Assembly (NCBI GenBank): GCA_964057225.1
Contig: OZ059896.1
Span: 5,022,001-5,086,000 of the forward strand
DNA from: Auanema rhodensis
Taxonomy: Eukaryota > Animalia > Nematoda
Reading direction: 5' to 3'
Length of the DNA stretch: 64,000 bases
Shown here piece after piece: positions 1-10,384 of this stretch. A program made the translations under genes and the position numbers. The first letter of the stretch is position 1. The number at the start of each line of letters is the position of its first letter. Under the pieces are notes generated by a model. That model saw only the letters and a list, made by a program, of their open reading frames with translations. It had not been told where the DNA came from and searched no databases.

Positions 1-15
1 ACGTAAATTTCAAAG

Positions 16-30
16 TCATGGTTACCATGA
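16..30. other. 15-bp palindrome TCATGGT-T-ACCATGA (7-bp arms, contains BstEII site GGTNACC), once per monomer
   Basis: Read directly. Shortened by A30C and extended to 8-bp arms by G15T. Confidence 0.95.
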
Positions 31-108
31 ACCAATATCAATAAAAATTTGTTTTTAGACTAATATGGACATGGGGAATCTAATTTTGAAAACCGCATCT
101 CTTTATCT

Positions 109-118
109 TTCACGTGAA
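109..118. other. Perfect 10-bp palindrome TTCACGTGAA with E-box/G-box core CACGTG (polymorphic)
   Basis: Read directly. Destroyed by C113A (CAAGTG) in many monomers, 25 of the first 63 by my count. Protein binding not shown. Confidence 0.9.
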
Positions 119-132
119 GCGAGTTACATACC

Positions 133-172
133 AAGTGCACATCACGTGTACATTTAATTAGCATAAATTAAA
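133..172. other. Two overlapping inverted repeats; the first encloses the second E-box ATCACGTG
   Basis: AAGTGCACA-TCACG-TGTACATTT (133-155, imperfect arms) and TTTAATT-AGCATA-AATTAAA (153-172, perfect 7-bp arms). ATCACGTG is at 141-148. Confidence 0.88.
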
Positions 173-2440
173 GTTCACGTAAATTTCAAAGTCATGGTTA
201 CCATGAACCATTATCGATAAGAATTTGTTTTTAAACTAATATGGACATGGGGAATCTAATTTTGAAAACCGCATCTCTTTATCTTTCAAGTGAAGCGAGT
301 TACATACCAAGTGCACATCACGTGTACATTTAATTAGCATAAATTAAAGTTCACGTAAATTTCAAAGTCATGGTTACCATGAACCAATATCAATAAGAAT
401 TTGTTTTTAAACTAATATGGACATGGGGAATCTAATTTTGAAAACCGCATCTCTTTATCTTTCACGTGAAGCGAGTTACATACCAAGTGCACATCACGTG
501 TACATTTAATTAGCATAAATTAAAGTTCACGTAAATTTCAAAGTCATGGTTACCATGAACCAATATCAATAAAAATTTGTTTTTAAACTAATATGGACAT
601 GGGGAATCTAATTTTGAAAACCGCATCTCTTTATCTTTCACGTGAAGCGAGTTACATACCAAGTGCACATCACGTGTACATTTAATTAGCATAAATTAAA
701 GTTCACGTAAATTTCAAAGTCATGGTTACCATGAACCAATATCAATAAAAATTTGTTTTTAGACTAATATGGACATGGAGAATCTAATTTTGAAAACCGC
801 ATCTCTTTATCTTTCAAGTGAAGCGAGTTAAATACCAAGTGCACATCACGTGTACATTTAATTAGCATAAATTAAAGTTCACGTAAATTTCAAAGTCATG
901 GTTACCATGAACCAATATCAATAAAAATTTGTTTTTAAACTAATATGGACATGGGGAATCTAATTTTGAAAACCGCATCTCTTTATCTTTCACGTGAAGC
1001 GAGTTACATACCAAGTGCACATCACGTGTACATTTAATTAGCATAAATTAAAGTTCACGTAAATTTCAAAGTCATGGTTACCATGAACCAATATCAATAA
1101 AAATTTGTTTTTAGACTAATATGGACATGGGGAATCTAATTTTGAAAACCGCATCTCTTTATCTTTCACGTGAAGCGAGTTACATACCAAGTGCACATCA
1201 CGTGTACATTTAATTAGCATAAATTAAAGTTCACGTAAATTTCAAAGTCATGGTTACCATGAACCAATATCAATAAAAATTTGTTTTTAGACTAATATGG
1301 ACATGGGGAATCTAATTTTGAAAACCGCATCTCTTTATCTTTCACGTGAAGCGAGTTACATACCAAGTGCACATCACGTGTACATTTAATTAGCATAAAT
1401 TAAAGTTCACGTAAATTTCAAAGTCATGGTTACCATGAACCAATATCAATAAGAATTTGTTTTTAAACTAATATGGACATGGGGAATCTAATTTTGAAAA
1501 CCGCATCTCTTTATCTTTCAAGTGAAGCGAGTTACATACCAAGTGCACATCACGTGTACATTTAATTAGCATAAATTAAAGTTCACGTAAATTTCAAAGT
1601 CATGGTTACCATGAACCAATATCAATAAGAATTTGTTTTTAAACTAATATGGACATGGGGAATCTAATTTTGAAAACCGCATCTCTTTATCTTTCACGTG
1701 AAGCGAGTTACATACCAAGTGCACATCACGTGTACATTTAATTAGCATAAATTAAAGTTCACGTAAATTTCAAAGTCATGGTTACCATGAACCAATATCA
1801 ATAAGAATTTGTTTTTAAACTAATATGGACATGGGGAATCTAATTTTGAAAACCGCATCTCTTTATCTTTCAAGTGAAGCGAGTTACATACCAAGTGCAC
1901 ATCACGTGTACATTTAATTAGCATTAATTAAAGTTCACGTAAATTTCAAAGTCATGGTTACCATGAACCAATATCAATAAAAATTTGTTTTCAAACTAAT
2001 ATGGACATGGGGATTCTAATTTTGAAAACCGCATCTCTTTATCTTTCACGTGAAGCGAGTTACATACCTAGTGCACATCACGTGTACATTTAATTAGCAT
2101 AAATTAAAGTTCACGTTAATTTCAAAGTCATGGTTACCATGAACCAATATCAATAAAAATTTGTTTTTAGACTAATATGGACATGGGGAATCTAATTTTG
2201 AAAACCACATCTCTTTATCTTTCACGTGAAGCGAGTTACATATAAAGTGCACATCACGTGTACATTTAATTAGCATAAATTAAAGTTCACGTAAATTTCA
2301 AAGTCATGGTTACCATGCACCAATATTAATAAAAATTTGTTTTTAGACTAATATGGACATGGGGAATCAAATTTTGAAAACCGCATCTCTTTATCTTTCA
2401 CGTGAAGCGAGTTACATACCAAGTGCACATCACGTGTACA

Positions 2441-5050
2441 CTTAATTAGCATAAATTAAAGTTCACGTAAATTTCAAAGTCATGGTTACCATGCACCAAT
2501 ATCAATAAAAATTTGTTTTTAGACTAATATGGACATGGGGAATCTAATTTTGAAAACCGCATCTCTTTATCTTTCACGTGAGGCGAGTTACATACCAAGT
2601 GCACATCACGTGTACATTTAATTAGCATAAATTAAAGTTCACGTAAATTTCAAAGTCATGGTTACCATGAACCAATATCAATAAAAATTTGTTTTTAGAC
2701 TAATATGGACATGGGGAATCTAATTTTGAAAACCGCATCTCTTTATCTTTCAAGTGAAGCGAGTTACATACCAAGTGCACATCACGTGTACATTTAATTA
2801 GCATAAATTAAAGTTCACGTAAATTTCAAAGTCATGGTTACCATGAACCAATATCAATAAGAATTTGTTTTTAAACTAATATGGACATGGGGAATCTAAT
2901 TTTGAAAACCGCATCTCTTTATCTTTCAAGTGAAGCGAGTTACATACCAAGTGCACATCACGTGTACATTTAATTAGCATAAATTAAAGTTCACGTAAAT
3001 TTCAAAGTCATGGTTACCATGAACCAATATCAATAAAAATTTGTTTTTAGACTAATTTGGACATGGGGAATCTAATTTTGAAAACCGCATCTCTTTATCT
3101 TTCAAGTGAAGCGAGTTACATACCAAGTGCACATCACGTGTACATTTAATTAGCATAAATTAAAGTTCACGTAAATTTCAAAGTCATGGTTACCATGAAC
3201 CAATATCAATAAAAATTTGTTTTTAAACTAATATGGACATGGGGAATCTAATTTAGAAAACCGCATCTCTTTATCTTTCACGTGAAGCGAGTTACATACC
3301 TAGTGCACATCACGTGTACATTTAATTAGCATAAATTAAAGTTCACGTAAATTTCAAAGTCATGGTTACCATGAACCAATATCAATAAAAATTTGTTTTT
3401 AGACTAATTCGGACATGGGGAATCTAATTTTGAAAACCGCATCTCTTTATCTTTCAAGTGAAGCGAGTTACATACCAAGTGCACATCACGTGTACATTTA
3501 ATTAGCATAAATTAAAGTTCACGTAAATTTCAAAGTCATGGTTACCATGAACCAATATCAATAAGAATTTGTTTTTAAACTAATATGGACATGGGGAATC
3601 TAATTTTGAAAACCGCATCTCTTTATCTTTCACGTGAAGCGAGTTACATACCAAGTGCACATCACGTGTACATTTAATTAGCATTAATTAAAGTTCACGT
3701 AAATTTCAAAGTCATGGTTACCATGAACCAATATCAATAAAAATTTGTTTTCAAACTAATATGGACATGGGGATTCTAATTTTGAAAACCGCATCTCTTT
3801 ATCTTTCACGTGAAGCGAGTTACATACCAAGTGCACATCACGTGTACACTTAATTAGCATAAATTAAAGTTCACGTAAATTTCAAAGTCATGGTTACCAT
3901 GCACCAATATCAATAAAAATTTGTTTTTAGACTAATATGGACATGGGGAATCTAATTTTGAAAACCGCATCTCTTTATCTTTCACGTGAGGCGAGTTACA
4001 TACCAAGTGCACATCACGTGTACATTTAATTAGCATAAATTAAAGTTCACGTAAATTTCAAAGTCATGGTTACCATGAACCAATATCAATAAAAATTTGT
4101 TTTTAGACTAATATGGACATGGGGAATCTAATTTTGAAAACCGCATCTCTTTATCTTTCAAGTGAAGCGAGTTACATACCAAGTGCACATCACGTGTACA
4201 TTTAATTAGCATAAATTAAAGTTCACGTAAATTTCAAAGTCATGGTTACCATGAACCAATATCAATAAGAATTTGTTTTTAAACTAATATGGACATGGGG
4301 AATCTAATTTTGAAAACCGCATCTCTTTATCTTTCAAGTGAAGCGAGTTACATACCAAGTGCACATCACGTGTACATTTAATTAGCATAAATTAAAGTTC
4401 ACGTAAATTTCAAAGTCATGGTTACCATGAACCAATATCAATAAAAATTTGTTTTTAGACTAATTTGGACATGGGGAATCTAATTTTGAAAACCGCATCT
4501 CTTTATCTTTCAAGTGAAGCGAGTTACATACCAAGTGCACATCACGTGTACATTTAATTAGCATAAATTAAAGTTCACGTAAATTTCAAAGTCATGGTTA
4601 CCATGAACCAATATCAATAAAAATTTGTTTTTAAACTAATATGGACATGGGGAATCTAATTTAGAAAACCGCATCTCTTTATCTTTCACGTGAAGCGAGT
4701 TACATACCTAGTGCACATCACGTGTACATTTAATTAGCATAAATTAAAGTTCACGTAAATTTCAAAGTCATGGTTACCATGAACCAATATCAATAAAAAT
4801 TTGTTTTTAGACTAATTCGGACATGGGGAATCTAATTTTGAAAACCGCATCTCTTTATCTTTCAAGTGAAGCGAGTTACATACCAAGTGCACATCACGTG
4901 TACATTTAATTAGCATAAATTAAAGTTCACGTAAATTTCAAAGTCATGGTTACCATGAACCAATATCAATAAGAATTTGTTTTTAAACTAATATGGACAT
5001 GGGGAATCTAATTTTGAAAACCGCATCTCTTTATCTTTCACGTGAAGCGA
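2441..5050 (+). repeat. Tandem higher-order duplication, period 8 monomers (1408 bp)
   Basis: A118G at 2582 and 3990; T87A at 3255 and 4663; TAATTCGG monomers M20 and M28; same monomer order M15-21 vs M23-29. Confidence 0.88.
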
Positions 5051-6512
5051 GTTACATACCAAGTGCACATCACGTGTACATTTAATTAGCATAAATTAAA
5101 GTTCACGTAAATTTCAAAGTCATGGTTACCATGAACCAATATCAATAAGAATTTGTTTTTAAACTAATATGGACATGGGGAATCTAATTTTGAAAACCGC
5201 ATCTCTTTATCTTTCAAGTGAAGCGAGTTACATACCAAGTGCACATCACGTGTACATTTAATTAGCATTAATTAAAGTTCACGTAAATTTCAAAGTCATG
5301 GTTACCATGAACCAATATCAATAAAAATTTGTTTTCAAACTAATATGGACATGGGGATTCTAATTTTGAAAACCGCATCTCTTTATCTTTCACGTGAAGC
5401 GAGTTACATACCTAGTGCACATCACGTGTACATTTAATTAGCATAAATTAAAGTTCACGTAAATTTCAAAGTCATGGTTACCATGAACCAATATCAATAA
5501 AAATTTGTTTTTAGACTAATTTGGACATGGGGAATCTAATTTTGAAAACCGCATCTCTTTATCTTTCAAGTGAAGCGAGTTACATACCAAGTGCACATCA
5601 CGTGTACATTTAATTAGCATAAATTAAAGTTCACGTAAATTTCAAAGTCATGGTTACCATGAACCAATATCAATAAAAATTTGTTTTTAAACTAATATGG
5701 ACATGGGGAATCTAATTTAGAAAACCGCATCTCTTTATCTTTCACGTGAAGCGAGTTACATACCTAGTGCACATCACGTGTACATTTAATTAGCATAAAT
5801 TAAAGTTCACGTAAATTTCAAAGTCATGGTTACCATGAACCAATATCAATAAAAATTTGTTTTTAGACTAATTCGGACATGGGGAATCTAATTTTGAAAA
5901 CCGCATCTCTTTATCTTTCAAGTGAAGCGAGTTACATACCAAGTGCACATCACGTGTACATTTAATTAGCATAAATTAAAGTTCACGTAAATTTCAAAGT
6001 CATGGTTACCATGAACCAATATCAATAAGAATTTGTTTTTAAACTAATATGGACATGGGGAATCTAATTTTGAAAACCGCATCTCTTTATCTTTCACGTG
6101 AAGCGAGTTACATACCAAGTGCACATCACGTGTACATTTAATTAGCATAAATTAAAGTTCACGTAAATTTCAAAGTCATGGTTACCATGAACCAATATCA
6201 ATAAGAATTTGTTTTTAAACTAATATGGACATGGGGAATCTAATTTTGAAAACCGCATCTCTTTATCTTTCAAGTGAAGCGAGTTACATACCAAGTGCAC
6301 ATCACGTGTACATTTAATTAGCATTAATTAAAGTTCACGTAAATTTCAAAGTCATGGTTACCATGAACCAATATCAATAAAAATTTGTTTTCAAACTAAT
6401 ATGGACATGGGGATTCTAATTTTGAAAACCGCATCTCTTTATCTTTCACGTGAAGCGAGTTACATACCTAGTGCACATCACGTGTACATTTAATTAGCAT
6501 AAATTAAAGTTC
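4401..6512 (+). repeat. Tandem higher-order duplication, period 6 monomers (1056 bp)
   Basis: M26-31 match M32-37; T87A at 4663 and 5719; TAATTCGG monomers M28 and M34. Confidence 0.88.
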
Positions 6513-9500
6513 ACGTTAATTTCAAAGTCATGGTTACCATGAACCAATATCAATAAAAATTTGTTTTTAGACTAATATGGACATGGGGAATCTAATTTTG
6601 AAAACCACATCTCTTTATCTTTCACGTGAAGCGAGTTACATATAAAGTGCACATCACGTGTACATTTAATTAGCATAAATTAAAGTTCACGTAAATTTCA
6701 AAGTCATGGTTACCATGCACCAATATTAATAAAAATTTGTTTTTAGACTAATATGGACATGGGGAATCAAATTTTGAAAACCGCATCTCTTTATCTTTCA
6801 CGTGAAGCGAGTTACATACCAAGTGCACATCACGTGTACACTTAATTAGCATAAATTAAAGTTCACGTAAATTTCAAAGTCATGGTTACCATGCACCAAT
6901 ATCAATAAAAATTTGTTTTTAGACTAATATGGACATGGGGAATCTAATTTTGAAAACCGCATCTCTTTATCTTTCACGTGAGGCGAGTTACATACCAAGT
7001 GCACATCACGTGTACATTTAATTAGCATAAATTAAAGTTCACGTAAATTTCAAAGTCATGGTTACCATGAACCAATATCAATAAAAATTTGTTTTTAGAC
7101 TAATATGGACATGGGGAATCTAATTTTGAAAACCGCATCTCTTTATCTTTCAAGTGAAGCGAGTTACATACCAAGTGCACATCACGTGTACATTTAATTA
7201 GCATAAATTAAAGTTCACGTAAATTTCAAATTCATGGTTACCATGAACCAATATCAATAAAAATTTGTTTTCAAACTAATATGGACATGGGGATTCTAAT
7301 TTTGAAAACCGCATCTCTTTATCTTTCACGTGAAGCGAGTTACATACCTAGTGCACATCACTTGTACATTTAATTAGCATAAATTAAAGTTCACGTAAAT
7401 TTCAAAGTCATGGTTACCATGAACCAATATCAATAAAAATTTGTTTTTAGACTAATTTGGACATGGGGAATCTAATTTTGAAAACCGCATCTCTTTATCT
7501 TTCAAGTGAAGCGAGTTACATACCAAGTGCACATCACGTGTACATTTAATTAGCATAAATTAAAGTTCACGTAAATTTCAAAGTCATGGTTACCATGAAC
7601 CAATATCAATAAGAATTTGTTTTTAAACTAATATGGACATGGGGAATCTAATTTTGAAAACCGCATCTCTTTATCTTTCACGTGAAGCGAGTTACATACC
7701 AAGTGCACATCACGTGTACATTTAATTAGCATAAATTAAAGTTCACGTAAATTTCAAAGTCATGGTTACCATGAACCAATATCAATAAGAATTTGTTTTT
7801 AAACTAATATGGACATGGGGAATCTAATTTTGAAAACCGCATCTCTTTATCTTTCAAGTGAAGCGAGTTACATACCAAGTGCACATCACGTGTACATTTA
7901 ATTAGCATTAATTAAAGTTCACGTAAATTTCAAAGTCATGGTTACCATGAACCAATATCAATAAAAATTTGTTTTCAAACTAATATGGACATGGGGATTC
8001 TAATTTTGAAAACCGCATCTCTTTATCTTTCACGTGAAGCGAGTTACATACCTAGTGCACATCACGTGTACATTTAATTAGCATAAATTAAAGTTCACGT
8101 TAATTTCAAAGTCATGGTTACCATGAACCAATCTCAATAAAAATTTGTTTTTAGACTAATATGGACATGGGGAATCTAATTTTGAAAACCACATCTCTTT
8201 ATCTTTCACGTGAAGCGAGTTACATATAAAGTGCACATCACGTGTACATTTAATTAGCATAAATTAAAGTTCACGTAAATTTCAAAGTCATGGTTACCAT
8301 GCACCAATATTAATAAAAATTTGTTTTTAGACTAATATGGACATGGGGAATCAAATTTTGAAAACCGCATCTCTTTATCTTTCACGTGAAGCGAGTTACA
8401 TACCAAGTGCACATCACGTGTACATTTAATTAGCATAAATTAAAGTTCACGTAAATTTCAAAGTCATGGTTACCATGAACCAATATCAATAAAAATTTGT
8501 TTTTAGACTAATATGGACATGGGGAATCTAATTTTGAAAACCGCATCTCTTTATCTTTCAAGTGAAGCGAGTTACATACCAAGTGCACATCACGTGTACA
8601 TTTAATTAGCATAAATTAAAGTTCACGTAAATTTCAAATTCATGGTTACCATGAACCAATATCAATAAAAATTTGTTTTCAAACTAATATGGACATGGGG
8701 ATTCTAATTTTGAAAACCGCATCTCTTTATCTTTCACGTGAAGCGAGTTACATACCTAGTGCACATCACTTGTACATTTAATTAGCATAAATTAAAGTTC
8801 ACGTAAATTTCAAAGTCATGGTTACCATGAACCAATATCAATAAAAATTTGTTTTTAGACTAATTTGGACATGGGGAATCTAATTTTGAAAACCGCATCT
8901 CTTTATCTTTCAAGTGAAGCGAGTTACATACCAAGTGCACATCACGTGTACATTTAATTAGCATAAATTAAAGTTCACGTAAATTTCAAAGTCATGGTTA
9001 CCATGAACCAATATCAATAAGAATTTGTTTTTAAACTAATATGGACATGGGGAATCTAATTTTGAAAACCGCATCTCTTTATCTTTCACGTGAAGCGAGT
9101 TACATACCAAGTGCACATCACGTGTACATTTAATTAGCATAAATTAAAGTTCACGTAAATTTCAAAGTCATGGTTACCATGAACCAATATCAATAAGAAT
9201 TTGTTTTTAAACTAATATGGACATGGGGAATCTAATTTTGAAAACCGCATCTCTTTATCTTTCAAGTGAAGCGAGTTACATACCAAGTGCACATCACGTG
9301 TACATTTAATTAGCATTAATTAAAGTTCACGTAAATTTCAAAGTCATGGTTACCATGAACCAATATCAATAAAAATTTGTTTTCAAACTAATATGGACAT
9401 GGGGATTCTAATTTTGAAAACCGCATCTCTTTATCTTTCACGTGAAGCGAGTTACATACCTAGTGCACATCACGTGTACATTTAATTAGCATAAATTAAA

Positions 9501-10384
9501 GTTCACGTTAATTTCAAAGTCATGGTTACCATGAACCAATATCAATAAAAATTTGTTTTTAGACTAATATGGACATGGGGAATCTAATTTTGAAAACCAC
9601 ATCTCTTTATCTTTCACGTGAAGCGAGTTACATATAAAGTGCACATCACGTGTACATTTAATTAGCATAAATTAAAGTTCACGTAAATTTCAAAGTCATG
9701 GTTACCATGCACCAATATTAATAAAAATTTGTTTTTAGACTAATATGGACATGGGGAATCAAATTTTGAAAACCGCATCTCTTTATCTTTCACGTGAAGC
9801 GAGTTACATACCAAGTGCACATCACGTGTACACTTAATTAGCATAAATTAAAGTTCACGTAAATTTCAAAGTCATGGTTACCATGCACCAATATCAATAA
9901 AAATTTGTTTTTAGACTAATATGGACATGGGGAATCTAATTTTGAAAACCGCATCTCTTTATCTTTCACGTGAGGCGAGTTACATACCAAGTGCACATCA
10001 CGTGTACATTTAATTAGCATAAATTAAAGTTCACGTAAATTTCAAAGTCATGGTTACCATGAACCAATATCAATAAAAATTTGTTTTTAGACTAATATGG
10101 ACATGGGGAATCTAATTTTGAAAACCGCATCTCTTTATCTTTCAAGTGAAGCGAGTTACATACCAAGTGCACATCACGTGTACATTTAATTAGCATAAAT
10201 TAAAGTTCACGTAAATTTCAAATTCATGGTTACCATGAACCAATATCAATAAAAATTTGTTTTCAAACTAATATGGACATGGGGATTCTAATTTTGAAAA
10301 CCGCATCTCTTTATCTTTCACGTGAAGCGAGTTACATACCTAGTGCACATCACTTGTACATTTAATTAGCATAAATTAAAGTTC
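5985..10384 (+). repeat. About three tandem copies of a 9-monomer unit, the middle copy shortened to 8
   Basis: A5T+G95A+TA131 monomer at M38, M47, M55; G15T+G146T monomer at M42, M50, M59; A118G at 6982 and 9974 but absent from the middle copy. A partial copy lies at M10-16. Confidence 0.88.

Larger units (their letters stand above)
1..176 (+). repeat. Representative consensus monomer (phase arbitrary)
   Basis: ACGTAAATTTCAAAGTCATGGTTACCATGAACCAATATCAATAAAAATTTGTTTTTAGACTAATATGGACATGGGGAATCTAATTTTGAAAACCGCATCTCTTTATCTTTCACGTGAAGCGAGTTACATACCAAGTGCACATCACGTGTACATTTAATTAGCATAAATTAAAGTTC. 56/176 G+C (31.8%), 5 CpG. Common polymorphic sites: A30C, C39T, A45G, T56C, G58A, A65T, A78T, C113A, CC131-132TA, A133T, T153C. 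Confidence 0.97.

Noticed and set aside
65-157. 30-codon ORF per monomer on the + strand (MDMGNLILKTASLYLSREASYIPSAHHVYI) and a ~34-codon ORF on the - strand (164 to 60)
   Set aside because: These lengths are expected by chance, and all six frames hit stops within each monomer. Common alleles remove the first ATG (A65T), add stops (CC131TA, T87A) or change residues, with no sign of purifying selection.
1-176. Identity with known 171-178-bp satellites (Brassica CentBr, Arabidopsis CEN178, honeybee AluI, primate alpha satellite)
   Set aside because: Only the length is similar. The consensus has no AAGCTT or AGCT site and I recognise no sequence match. A BLAST/Dfam/Repbase search of the consensus is needed to name the family.
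1-176. CENP-B box or telomeric repeat
   Set aside because: No TTCG-N4-A-N2-CGGG on either strand of the consensus, and no TTAGG/TTAGGG/TTTAGGG runs.
1-176. 5S rDNA, tRNA, snRNA or spliced-leader tandem gene array
   Set aside because: No recognisable Pol III A/B/C boxes, cloverleaf or conserved RNA sequence. The AATAAA (40-45) and CCAAT (32-36) motifs are expected by chance in AT-rich DNA.
1-176. Origin from a MITE or Helitron-type element
   Set aside because: Plausible for satellites in general, but no terminal inverted repeats, target-site duplications or flanking element sequence are visible here.
141-240. Budding-yeast point centromere (CDEI-CDEII-CDEIII)
   Set aside because: ATCACGTG matches CDEI, but the following DNA is not the >90% AT CDEII, no CDEIII (TGTTT..TTCCGAA) follows, and point centromeres are single-copy.
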